A DNA stretch of 43,229 nucleotides from Eledone cirrhosa (Eukaryota), in NCBI GenBank assembly GCA_964016885.1, contig CAXHJY010000487.1:1-43229 (forward strand), given 5' to 3'. This document shows, one piece after another, positions 12,280 to 25,000 of this stretch. Within the stretch, counting starts at the first letter, position 1. Each line of letters opens with the position of its first letter. Made by a program: the position numbers and the translations under genes. Below the pieces are notes generated by a model. It did not search any database. It saw nothing but the letters and a program-made list of their open reading frames with translations, and was not told the origin of the DNA.

Positions 12280-15200
12280 CCAAGCTAAGCTATCCTAAGC
12301 TAAGCTAAGCTAAGCTATCCTAAGCTAACCTATCCTAAGCTAAGCTATCCTAAGCTATCCTAAGCTAAGCTATCCTAATCTATCCTAAGCTAAGCTATCC
12401 TAAGCTATCCTAAGCTAAGCTATCCTAAGCTATCCTAAGCTAAGCTAAGCTAAGCTATCCTAAGCTATCCTAAGCTAAGCTATCCTAAGCTAAGCTATCC
12501 TAAGCTAAGCTATCCTAAGCTATCCTAAGCTAAGCTATCCTAAGCTATCCTAAGCTAAGCTATCCTAAGCTATCCTAAGCTAAGCTAAGCTAAGCTATCC
12601 TAAGCTAAGCTAAGCTAAGCTCTCCTAAGCTAAGCTAAGCTAAGCTATCCTAAGCTAAGCTAAGCTTTCCTAAGCTAAGCTAAGCTAAGCTATCCTAAGC
12701 TAAGCTAATCTATCCTAAGCTAAGCTAAGCTAAGCTATCCTAAGCTAAGCTAAGCTAAGCTATCCTAAGCTAAGCTAAGCTAAGCTATCCTAAGCTAAGC
12801 TAAGCTAAGCTATCCTAAGCTAAGCTAAGCTAAGCTATCCTAAGCTAAGCTAAGCTAAGCTATCCTAAGCTAAGCTAAGCTAAGCTATGCTAAGCTAAGC
12901 TAAGCTATCCTAAGCTAAGCTAAGCTAAGCTATCCTAAGCTAAGCTAAGCTAAGCTATCCTAAGCTAAGCTAAGCTAAGCTATCCTAAGCTATCCTAAGC
13001 TATCCTAAGCTAAGCTAAGCTATCCTAAGCTAAGCTAAGCTAAGCTATCCTAAGCTAAGCCAAGCTAAGCTATCCTAAGCTAAGCTAAGCTATCCTAAGC
13101 TAAGCTAAGCTAAGCTATCCTAAGCTAAGCTAAGCTAAGCTATCCTAAGCTATCCTAAGCTAAGCTATCCTAAGCTAAGCTAAGCTAAGCTATCCTAAGC
13201 TAAGCTAAGCTAAGCTATCCTAAGCTAAGCTAAGCTAAGCTATCCTAAGCTAAGCTAAGCTAAGCTATCCTAAGCTAAGCTATCCTAAGCTATCCTAAGC
13301 TAAGCTAAGCTAAGCTAACCTAAGCTAAGCTATCCTAAGCTAAGCTATCCTAAGCTAAGCTATCCTAAGATAAGCTAAGCTATCCTAAGCTAAGCTAAGC
13401 TAAGCTATCCTAAGCTAAGCTAAGCTATCCTAAGCTAAGCTAAGCTAAGCTGTCCTAAGCTAAGCTAAGCTAAGCTATCCTAAGCTAAGCTAAGCTAAGC
13501 TATCCTAAGCTAAGCTAAGCTATCCTAAGCTAAGCTAAGCTAAGCTATCCTAAGCTAAGCTAAGCTAAGCTATCCTAAGCTATCCTAAGCTATCCTAAGC
13601 TAAGCTATCCTAAGCTATCCTAAGCTAAGCTATCCTAAGCTATCCTAAGCTAAGCTAAGCTAAGCTATCCTAAGCTAAGCTAAGCTAAGCTATCCTAAGC
13701 TAAGCTAATCTAAGCTATCCTAAGCTAAGCTAAGCTAAGCTATCCTAAGCTATCCTAAGCTAAGCTATCCTAAGCTAAGCTATCCTAAGCTATCCTAAGC
13801 TAAGCTATCCTAAGCTATCCTAAGCTAAGCTATCCTAAGCTAAGCTATCCTAAGCTATCCTAAGCTAAGCTATCCTAAGCTATCCTAAGCTAAGCTATCC
13901 TAAGCTTAGCTAAGCTAAGCTAAGCTAACCTAAGCTAAGCTATCCTAAGCTAAGCTAAGCTAAGCTATCCTAAGCTAAGCTAAGCTATCCTAAGCTATCC
14001 TAAGCTAAGCTATCCTAAGCTAAGCTATCCTAAGCTAAGCTATCCTAAGCTATCCTAAGCTAAGCTATCCTAAGCTAAGCTCTCCTAAGGTAAGCTATCC
14101 TAAGCTATCCTAAGCTAAGCTATCCTAAGCTATCCTAAGCTAAGCTAAGCTAAGCTAAGCTCTCCTAAGCTAAGCTAAGCTAAGCTATCCTAAGCTAAGC
14201 TAAGCTAAGCTAAGCTAAGCTATCCTAAGCTAAGCTAAGCTAAGCTACCTAAGCTAAGCTAAGCTAAGCTATTCTAAGCTAAGCTAAGCTAAGCTATCCT
14301 AAGCTAAGCTAAGCTAAGCTCTCCTAAGCTAAGCTAAGCTAAGCTATCCTAAGCTAAGCTAAGCTTTCCTAAGCTAAGCTAAGCTAAGCTATCCTAAGCT
14401 AAGCTAATCTATCCTAAGCTAAGCTAAGCTAAGCTATCCTAAGCTAAGCTAAGCTAAGCTATCCTAAGCTAAGCTAAGCTAAGCTATCCTAAGATAAGCT
14501 AAGCTAAGCTATCCTAAGCTAAGCTAAGCTAAGCTATCCTAAGCTAAGCTAAGCTATCCTAAGCTAAGCTAAGCTAAGCTATCCTAAGCTAAGCTAAGCT
14601 ATCCTAAGCTAAGCTAAGCTAAGCTATCCTAAGCTAAGCTAAGCTAAGCTATCCTAAGCTATCCTAAGCTAAGCTATCCTAAGCTAAGCTATCCTAAGCT
14701 ATCCTAAGCTAAGCTATCCTAAGCTAAGCTAAGCTAAGCTATCCTAAGCTAAGCTAAGCAATCCTAAGCTAAGCTAAGCTAAGCTATCCTAAGCTAAGCT
14801 AAGCTAAGCTATCCTAAGCTAAGCTAAGCTAAGCTATCCTAAGCTAAGCTAAGCTAAGCTATCCTAAGCTAAGCTAAGCTAAGCTATCCTAAGCTAAGCT
14901 AAGCTAAGCTATCCTAAGCTATCCTAAGCTATCCTAAGCTAAGCTAAGCTAAGCTATCCTAAGCTAAGCTAAGCTAAGCTATCCTAAGCTAAGCTAAGCT
15001 AAGCTATCCTAAGCTATGCTAAGCTATCCTAAGCTAAGCTAAGCTAAGCTATCCTAAGCTAAGCTAAGCTAAGCTATCCTAAGCTATCCTAAGCTAAGCT
15101 ATCCTAAGCTAAGCTAAGCTAAGCTATCCTAAGCTAAGCTAAGCTAAGCTATCCTAAGCTAAGCTAAGCTAAGCTATCCTAAGCTAAGCTAAGCTAAGCT

Positions 15201-17960
15201 ATCCTAAGCTAAGCTATCCTAAGCTATCCTAAGCTAAGCTAAGCTAAGCTAACCTAAGCTAAGCTATCCTAAGCTAAGCTATCCTAAGCTAAGCTATCCT
15301 AAGCTAAGCTAAGCTAAGCTATCCTAAGCTAAGCTAAGCTAAGCTATCCTAAGCTAAGCTAAGCTATCCTAAGCTAAGCTAAGCTAAGCTGTCCTAAGCT
15401 AAGCTAAGCTAAGCTATCCTAAGCTAAGCTAAGCTAAGCTATCCTAAGCTAAGCTAAGCTATCCTAAGCTAAGCTAAGCTAAGCTATCCTAAGCTAAGCT
15501 AAGCTAAGCTATCCTAAGCTAAGCTAAGCTAAGCTATCCTAAGCTATCCTAAGCTATCCTAAGCTAAGCTATCCTAAGCTATCCTAAGCTAAGCTATCCT
15601 AAGCTATCCTAAGCTAAGCTAAGCTAAGCTATCCTAAGCTAAGCTAAGCTAAGCTATCCTAAGCTAAGCTAAGCTAAGCTATCCTAAGCTAAGCTAAGCT
15701 AAGCTACCCTAAGCTATCCTAAGCTAAGCTATCCTAAGCTAAGCTATCCTAAGCTATCCTAAGCTAAGCTATCCTAAGCTATCCTAAGCTAAGCTATCCT
15801 AAGCTAAGCTATCCTAAGCTATCCTAAGCTAAGCTATCCTAAGCTATCCTAAGCTAAGCTATCCTAAGCTAAGCTAAGCTAAGCTAAGCTAACCTAAGCT
15901 AAGCTATCCTAAGCTAAGCTAAGCTAAGCTATCCTAAGCTAAGCTAAGCTAAGCTATCCTAAGCTATCCTAAGCTAAGCTATCCTAAGCTAAGCTCTCCT
16001 AAGGTAAGCTATCCTAAGCTATCCTAAGCTAAGCTATCCTAAGCTATCCTAAGCTAAGCTAAGCTAAGCTCTCCTAAGCTAAGCTAAGCTAAGCTATCCT
16101 AAGCTAAGCTAAGCTAAGCTAAGCTATCCTAAGCTAAGCTAAGCTAAGCTACCTAAGCTAAGCTAAGCTAAGCTATCCTAAGCTAAGCTAAGCTAAGCTA
16201 TCCTAAGCTAAGCTAAGCTAAGCTCTCCTAAGCTAAGCTAAACTAAGCTATCCTAAGCTAAGCTAAGCTTTCCTAAGCTAAGCTAAGCTAAGCTATCCTA
16301 AGCTAAGCTAATCTATCCTAAGCTAAGCTAAGCTAAGCTATCCTAAGCTAAGCTAAGCTAAGCTATCCTAAGCTAAGCTAAGCTAAGCTATCCTAAGCTA
16401 AGCTAAGCTAAGCTATCCTAAGCTAAGCTAAGCTATCCTAAGCTAAGCTAAGCTAAGCTATCCTAAGCTAAGCTAAGCTATCCTAAGCTAAGCTAAGCTA
16501 AGCTATCCTAAGCTATCCTAAGCTATCCTAAGCTAAGCTAAGCTAAGCTATCCTAAGCTAAGCTAAGCTAAGCTATCCTAAGCTAAGCTAAGCTAAGCTA
16601 TCCTAAGCTAAGCTAAGCTAAGCTATCCTAAGCTAAGCTAAGCTAAGCAATCCTAAGCTATCCTAAGCTAAGCTATCCTAAGCTAAGCTAAGCTAAGCTA
16701 TCCTAAGCTAAACTAAGCTAAGCTAACCTAAGCTAAGCTAAGCTAAGCTATCCTAAGCTATCCTAAGCTAAGCTATCCTAAGCTAAGCTAAGCTAAGCTA
16801 TCCTAAGCTAAACTAAGCTAAGCTAACCTAAGCTAAGCTAAGCTAAGCTATCCTAAGCTAAGCTATCCTAAGCTATCCTAAGCTAAGCTAAGCTAAGCTA
16901 ACCTAAGCTAAGCTATCCTAAGCTAAGCTATCCTAAGCTAAGCTATCCTAAGCTAAGCTAAGCTAAGCTATCCTAAGCTAAGCTAAGCTATCCTAAGCTA
17001 AGCTAAGCTAAGCTATCCTAAGCTAAGCTAAGCTAAGCTATCCTAAGCTATCCTAAGCTAAGCTATCCTAAGCTAAGCTATCCTAAGCTATCCCAAGCTA
17101 AGCTATCCTAAGCTAAGCTAAGCTAAGCTATCCTAAGCTAACCTATCCTAAGCTAAGCTATCCTAAGCTATCCTAAGCTAAGCTATCCTAATCTATCCTA
17201 AGCTAAGCTATCCTAAGCTATCCTAAGCTAAGCTATCCTAAGCTATCCTAAGCTAAGCTAAGCTAAGCTATCCTAAGCTATCCTAAGCTAAGCTATCCTA
17301 AGCTAAGCTATCCTAAGCTAAGCTATCCTAAGCTATCCTAAGCTAAGCTATCCTAAGCTATCCTAAGCTAAGCTATCCTAAGCTATCCTAAGCTAAGCTA
17401 AGCTAAGCTATCCTAAGCTAAGCTAAGCTAAGCTCTCCTAAGCTAAGCTAAGCTAAGCTATCCTAAGATAAGCTAAGCTTTCCTAAGCTAAGCTAAGCTA
17501 AGCTATCCTAAGCTAAGCTAATCTATCCTAAGCTAAGCTAAGCTAAGCTATCCTAAGCTAAGCTAAGCTAAGCTATCCTAAGCTAAGCTAAGCTAAGCTA
17601 TCCTAAGCTAAGCTAAGCTAAGCTATCCTAAGCTAAGCTAAGCTAAGCTATCCTAAGCTAAGCTAAGCTAAGCTATCCTAAGCTAAGCTAAGCTAAGCTA
17701 TCCTAAGCTAAGCTAAGCTATCCTAAGCTAAGCTAAGCTAAGCTATCCTAAGCTAAGCTAAGCTAAGCTATCCTAAGCTAAGCTAAGCTAAGCTATCCTA
17801 AGCTATCCTAAGCTATCCTAAGCTAAGCTAAGCTAAGCTATCCTAAGCTAAGCTAAGCTAAGCTATCCTAAGCTAAGCCAAGCTAAGCTATCCTAAGCTA
17901 AGCTAAGCTATCCTAAGCTAAGCTAAGCTAAGCTATCCTAAGCTAAGCTAAGCTAAGCTA
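12280..17960. repeat. Subfamily B, first tract: ~1.9 kb units nested in a ~4.8 kb super-unit
   Basis: CTCTC-CTAAG-GTAAG at 14090/16004, CTAC deletion 14245/16149 and CTGTC 13450/15389 define the ~1.9 kb unit. CCAAG 12280/17093, CTAAC-CTATC 12325/17138 and CCAAG 13060/17878 define the ~4.8 kb unit. Confidence 0.87.
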
Positions 17961-20900
17961 TCCTAAGCTAAGCTAAGCTCTCCTAAGCTAAGCTAAGCTA
18001 TCCTAAGCTAAGCTAAGCTAAGCTAAGCTATCCTAAGCTAAGCTAAGCTAAGCTATCCTAATCTAAGCTAAGCTATCCTAAGCTAAGCTAAGCTATCCTA
18101 AGCTAACCTAAGCTATCCTAAGCTAAGCTAAGCTATCCTAAGCTAAGCTAAGTTAAGCTATCCTATGCTAAGCTAAGTTAAGCTATCCTAAGCTAAGCTA
18201 AGCTAAGCTATCCTAAGCTAAGCTAAGTTAAGCTATCCTAAGCTAAGCTAAGCTATCCTAAGCTAAGCTAAGCTAAGCTATCCTAAGCTAAGCTAAGCTA
18301 AGCTATCCTAAGCTAAGCTAAGCTATCCTAAGCTAAGCTAAGCTATCCTAAGCTAAGCTAAGCTATCCTAAGCTAAGCTAAGCTATCCTAAGCTAAGCTA
18401 AGCTAAGCTATCCTAAGCTAAGCTAAGTTAAGCTATCCTAAGCTAAGCTAAGCTAAGCTATCCTAAGCTAAGCTAAGCTAAGCTATCCTAAGCTAAGCTA
18501 AGCTATCCTAAGCTAAGCTAAGCTAAGCTATCCTAAGCTAAGCTAAGCTAAGCTATCCTAAGCTAAGCTAAGCTATCCTAAGCTAAGCTATCCTAAGCTA
18601 AGCTAAGCTAAGCTATCCTAAGCTAAGCTAAGCTAAGCTATCCTAAGCTAAGCTAAGGTATCCTAAGCTAAGCTAAGCTAAGCTATCCGAAGCTAAGCTA
18701 TCCTAAGCTAAGCTAAGCTATCCTAAGCTAAGCTAAGCTATCCTAAGCTAAGCTAAGCTATCCTAAGCTAAGCTAAGCTATCCTAAGCTAAGCTAAGCTA
18801 TCCTAAGCTAAGCTAAGCTAAGCTATCCTAAGCTAAGCTAAGGTATCCTCAGCTAAGCTAAGCTAAGCTATCCTAAGCTAAGCTAAGCTAAGCTATCCTA
18901 AGCTAAGCTAAGCTATCCTAAGCTAAGCTAAGCTATCCTAAGCTAAGCTAAGCTAAGCTATCCTAAGCTAAGCTAAGCTAAGCTATCATAAGCTAAGCTA
19001 AGCTATCCTAAGCTAAGCTAAGCTAAGCTATCCTAAGCTAAGCTAAGCTAAGTTATCCTAAGCTAAGCTAAGCTAAGCTATCCTAAGCTATCCTAAGCTA
19101 AGCTATCCTAAGCTAAGCTATCCTAAGCTAAGCTCTCCTAAGGTAAGCTATCCTAAGCTATCCTAAGCTAAGCTATCCTAAGCTATCCTAAGCTAAGCTA
19201 AGCTAAGCTCTCCTAAGCTAAGCTAAGCTAAGCTATCCTAAGCTAAGCTAAGCTAAGCTATCCTAAGCTAAGCTAAGCTATCCTAAGCTAAGCTAAGCTA
19301 AGCTAACCTAAGCTAAGCTAAGCAAGCTATCCTAAGCTAAGCTAAGCTATCCTAAGCTAAGCTAAGCTATCCTAAGCTAAGCTAAGTTAAGCTATCCTAA
19401 GCTAAGCTAAGCTAAGCAATCCTAAGCTAAGCTAAGCTATCCTAAGCTAAGCTAAGCTAAGCTAAGCTATCCTAATCTAAGCTAAGCTAAGCTATCCTAA
19501 GGTAAGCTAAGCTAAGCTATCCTAAGCTAAGCTAAGCTATCCTAAGCTAAGCTAAGCTAAGCTATCCTAAGCTAAGCTAAGCTAAGCTATCCTAAGCTAA
19601 GCTAAGCTATCCTAAGCTAAGCTAAGCTATCCTAAGCTAAGCTAAGCTTACCTAAGCTAAGCTAAGCTAAGCTATCCTAAGTTAAGCTAAGCTATCCTAA
19701 GCTAAGCTAAGCTAAGCTATCCTAAGCTAAGCTAAGCTATCCTAAGCTAAGCTAAGCTATCCTAAGCTAAGCTAAGCTAAGCTATCATAAGCTAAGCTAC
19801 GTTAAGCTATCCTAAGCTAAGCTAAGCTAAGCTATCCTAAGCTAAGCTAAGCTATCCTAAGCTAAGCTAAGCTATCCTAAGCTAAGCTAAGCTAAGCTAT
19901 CCTAAGCTAAGCTAAGTTAAGCTATCCTAAGCTAAGCTAAGCTAAGCTATCCTAAGCTAAGCTAAGTTAAGCTATCCTAAGCTAAGCTAAGCTAAGCTAT
20001 CCTAAGCTAAGCTAAGCTAAGCTATCCTAAGCTAAGCTAAGCTAAGCTATCCTAAGCTAAGCTAAGCTAAGCTATCCTAAGCTAAGCTAAGCTAAGCTAT
20101 CCTAAGCTAAGCTAAGCTAAGCTATCCTAAGCTAAGCTAAGCTATCCTAAGCTAAGCTAAGCTATCCTAAGCTAAGCTAAGCTATCCTAAGCTAAGCTAA
20201 GCTAAGCTATCCTAAGCTAAGCTAAGTTAAGCTATCCTAAGCTAAGCTAAGCTAAGCTATCCTAAGCTAAGCTAAGCTATCCTAAGCTAAGCTAAGCTAT
20301 CCTAAGCTATGCTAAGCTATCCTAAGCTAAGCTAAGCTAAGCTATCCTAAGCTAAGCTAAGCTAAGCTATCCTAAGCTAAGCTAAGCTATCCTAAGCTAA
20401 GCTAAGCTATCCTAAGCTAAGTTAAGCTAAGCTATCCTAAGCTAAGCTAAGTTAAGCTATCCTAAGCTAAGCTAAGCTAAGCTATCCTAAGCTAAGCTAA
20501 GCTAAGCTATCCTAAGCTAAGCTAAGCTATCCTAAGCTAAGCTAAGCTAAGCTATCCTAAGCTAAGCTAAGCTAAGCTATCCTAAGCTAAGCTAAGCTAT
20601 CCTAAGCTAAGCTAAGCTAAGCTATCCTAAGCTAAGCTAAGTTAAGCTATCCTAAGCTAAGCTAAGCTATCCTAAGCTAAGCTAAGCTATCCTAAGCTAA
20701 GCTAAGCTAAGCTATCCTAAGCTAAGCTAAGCTATCCTAAGCTAAGCTAAGCTATCCTAAGCTAAGCTAAGCTATCCTAAGCTAAGCTAAGCTATCCTAA
20801 GCTAAGCTAAGCTAAGCTATCCTACGCTAAGCTAAGCTAAGCTATCCTAAGCTAAGCTAAGCTAAGCTATCCTAAGCTAAGCTAAGCTATCCTAAGCTAA

Positions 20901-22076
20901 GCTAAGCTATCCTAAGCTAAGCTAAGCTAAGCTATCCTAAGCTAAGCTAAGCTAAGCTATCCTAAGCTAAGCTAAGGTAAGCTATCCTAAGCTAAGCTAA
21001 GCTATCCTAAGCTAAGCTATCCTAAGCTAAGCTAAGCTAAGCTATCCTAAGCTAAGCTAAGCTAAGCTATCCTAAGCTAAGCTAAGTTAAGCTATCCTAA
21101 GCTAAGCTAAGCTATCCTAAGCTAAGCTAAGCTATCCTAAGCTAAGCTAAGCTAAGCTATCCTAAGCTAAGCTAAGCTATCCTAAGCTAAGCTATCCTAA
21201 GCTAAGCTAAGCTATCCTAAGCTAAGCTAAGCTAAGCTAAGCTATCCTAAGCTAAGCTAAGCTATCCTAAGCTAAGCTAAGCTATCCTAAGCTAAGCTAA
21301 GCTAAGCTATCCTAAGCTAAGCTAAGCTAAGCTATCCAAAGCTAAGCTAAGCTAAGCTATCCTAAGCTAAGCTAAGTTAAGCTATCCTAAGCTAAGCTAA
21401 GCTAAGCTATCCTAAGCTAAGCTAAGCTAAGCTATCCTAAGCTAAACAAAGTTAAGCTATCCTAAGCTAAGTTAAGCTATCCTAAGCTAAGCTAAGCTAA
21501 GCTATCCTAAGCTCACCTAAGCTATCCTAAGCTAAGCTAAGCTAAGCTATCCTAAGCTAAGCTAAGCTAAGCTATCCTAAGCTAAGCTAAGCTATCCTAA
21601 GCTAAGCTAAGCTATCCTAAGCTAAGCTAAGCTAAGCTATCCTAAGCTAAGCTAAGCTAAGCTATCCTAAGCTAAGCTAAGCTATCCTAAGCTAAGCTAA
21701 GCTATCCTAAGCTAAGCTAAGCTATCCTAAGCTAAGCTAAGCTATCCTAAGCTAAGCTAAGCTAAGCTATCCTAAGCTAAGCTAAGCTATCCTAAGCTAA
21801 GCTAAGCTAAGCTATCCTAAGCTAAGCTAAGCTATCCTAAGCTAAGCTAAGCTATCCTAAGCTAAGCTAAGCTAAGCTATCCTAAGCTAAGCTTAGCTAA
21901 GCTATCCTAAGCTAAGCTAAGCTATCCTAAGCTAAGCTAAGCTAAGCTATCCTAAGCTAAGCTAAGCTAACCTATCCTAAGCTAAGCTAAGCTATCCTAA
22001 GCTAAGTTAAGCTATCCTAAGCTAAGCTAAGCTAAGCTATCCTAAGCTAAGCTAAGCTAAGCTATCCTAAGCTAAG
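17960..22076. repeat. Subfamily C domain: n=3/4 runs, TTAAG-rich, almost no n=1 modules (interrupted by an A/B-like patch at ~18500-19270)
   Basis: Frequent GTTAAG variants (18153, 18178, 18228, 18428, 19387, 19917, 19967, 20227, 20452, 20642, 21087, 21377) and CTACG-TTAAG at 19797. CTATC-CTAAG-CTATC is essentially absent. Confidence 0.8.
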
Positions 22077-25000
22077 CTAAGCTATCCTAAGCTAAGCTAA
22101 GCTAAGCTATCCTAAGCTAAGCTAAGCTAAGCTATCCTAAGCTAAGCTAAGCTATCCTAAGCTAAGCTATCCTAAGCTAAGCTAAGCTAAGCTATCCTAA
22201 GCTAAGCTAAACTAAGCTATCCTAAGCTAAGCTAAGGTATCCTAAGCTAAGCTAAGCTAAGCTATCCGAAGCTAAGCTATCCTAAGCTAAGCTAAGCTAT
22301 CCTAAGCTAAGCTAAGCTATCCTAAGCTAAGCTAAGCTATCCTAAGCTAAGCTAAGCTATCCTAAGCTAAGCTAAGCTATCCTAAGCTAAGCTAAGCTAA
22401 GCTATCCTAAGCTAAGCTAAGGTATCCTCAGCTAAGCTAAGCTAAGCTATCCTAAGCTAAGCTAAGCTAAGCTATCCTAAGCTAAGCTAAGCTATCCTAA
22501 GCTAAGCTAAGCTATCCTAAGCTAAGCTAAGCTAAGCTATCCTAAGCTAAGCTAAGTTAAGCTATCCTAAGCTAAGCTAAGCTAAGCTATCCTAAGCTAA
22601 GCTAAGCTAAGCTATCCTAAGCTAAGCTAAGCTAAGCTATCCTAAGCTAAGCTAAGCTAAGCTATCCTAAGCTAAGCTAAGCTAAGCTATCCTAAGCTAA
22701 GCTAAGCTAAGCTATCCTAAGCTAAGCTAAGCTAAGCTCTCCTAAGCTAAGCTAAGCTATCCTAAGCTAAGCTAAGCTAAGCTATCCTAAGCTAAGCTAA
22801 GCTAAGCTAAGCTATCCTAAGCTAAGCTAAGCTAAGCTATCCTAAGCTAAGCTAAGCTAAGCTATCCTAAGCTAAGCTAAGCTAAGCTATCCTAAGCTAA
22901 GCTAAGCTAAGCTATCCTAAGCTAAGCTAAGCTATCCTAAGCTAAGCTAAGCTATCCTAAGCTATGCTAAGCTATCCTAAGCTAAGCTAAGCTAAGCTAT
23001 CCTAAGCTTTCCTAAGCTAAGCTATCCTAAGCTAAGCTAAGCTAAGCTATCCTAAGCTAAGCTAAGCTATCCTAAGCTAAGCTAAGCTAAGCTACCTAAG
23101 CTAAGCTATCCTAAGCTATCCTAAGCTAAGCTATCCTAAGCTATCCTAAGCTAAGCTATCCTAAGCTAAGCTATCCTAAGCTAAGCTATCCTAAGCTAAG
23201 CTAAGCTAAGCTATCCTAAGCTAAGCTAAGCTATCCTAAGCTAAGCTAAGCTAAGCTATCCTAAGCTAAGCTAAGCTATCCTAAGCTATCCTAAGCTATC
23301 CTAAGCTAAGCTAAGCTAAGCTATCCTAAGCTAAGCTATCCTAAGCTATCCTAAGCTAAGCTAAGCTAAGCTAAGCTAACCTAAGCTAAGCTATCCTAAG
23401 CTAAGCTATCCTAAGCTAAGCTATCCTAAGCTAAGCTAAGCTAAGCTATCCTAAGCTAAGCTAAGCTATCCTAAGCTAAGCTAAGCTAAGCTATCCTAAG
23501 CTAAGCTAAGCTAAGCTATCCTAAGCTAAGCTATCCTAAGCTATCCTAAGCTAAGCTATCCTAAGCTATCCTAAGCTAAGCTATCCTAAGCTATCCTAAG
23601 CTAAGCTAAGCTAAGCTATCCTAAGCTAAGCTAAGCTAAGCTATCCTAAGCTAAGCTAAGCTAAGCTATCCTAAGCTATCCTAAGCTAAGCTATCCTAAG
23701 CTATCCTAAGCTAAGCTATCCTAAGCTATGCTAAGCTAAGCTATCCTAAGCTAAGCTATCCTAAGCTATCCTAAGCTAAGCTATCCTAAGCTATCCTAAG
23801 CTAAGCTAAGCTATCCTAAGCTAAGCTAAGCTAAGCTAAGCTATCCTAAGCTAAGCTATGCTAAGCTAAGCTATCCTAAGCTAAGCTAAGCTAAGCTATC
23901 CTAAGCTAAGCTAAGCTAAGCTATCCTAAGCTAAGCTAAGCTATCCTAAGCTAAGCTAAGCTAAGCTATCCTAAGCTAAGCTAAGCTATCCTAAGCTAAG
24001 CTAAGCTAAGCTAAGCTAAGCTATCCTAAGCTAAGCTAAGCTAAGCTATCCTAAGCTAAGCTAAGCTAAGCTATCCTAAGCTAAGCTAAGCTATCCTAAG
24101 CTAAGCTAAGCTATCCTAAGCTAAGCTAAGCTAAGCTATCCTAAGCTAAGCTAAGCTAAGCTATCCTAAGCTAAGCTAAGCTAAGCTATCCTAAGCTAAG
24201 CTAAGCTAAGCTATCCTAAGCTAAGCTAAGCTATCCTAAGCTAAGCTAAGCTATCCTAAGCTAAGCTAAGCTAAGCTATCCTAAGCTAAGCTAAGCTAAG
24301 CTATCCTAAGCTATCCTAAGCTAAGCAATCCTAAGCTAAGCTAAGCTGAGCTATCCTAAGCTAAGCTAAGCTATCCGAAGCTAAGCTAAGCTAAGCTATC
24401 CTAAGCTAAGCTATCCTAAGCTATCCTAAGCTAAGCTATCCTAAGCTAAGCTATCCTAAGCTAAGCTATCCTAAGCTATCCTAAGCTAAGCTATCCTAAG
24501 CTAAGCTAAGCTAAGCTATCCTAAGCTAAGCTAAGCTAAGCTATCATAAGCTAAGCTAAGCTATCCTAAGCTAAGCTAAGCTAAGCTATCCTAAGCTAAG
24601 CTAAGCTAAGTTATCCTAAGCTAAGCTAAGCTAAGCTATCCTAAGCTATCCTAAGCTAAGCTATCCTAAGCTAAGCTATCCTAAGCTAAGCTATCCTAAG
24701 CTATCCTAAGCTAAGCTAAGCTAAGCTATCCTAAGCTAAGCTAAGCTAAGCTATCCTAAGCTAAGCTAAGCTAAGCTAAGCTAAGCTATCCTACGCTAAG
24801 CTAAGCTATCCTAAGCTAAGCTAAGCTAAGCTATCCTAAGCTAAGCTAAGCTAAGCTCTCCTAAGCTAAGCTAAGCTAAGCTAAGCTATCCTAAGCTAAG
24901 CTAAGCTATCCTAAGCTAAGCTAAGCTAAGCTATCCTAAGCTAAGCTAAGCTATCCTAAGCTAAGCTAAGCTAAGCTATCCTAAGCTAAGCTAAGCTAAG

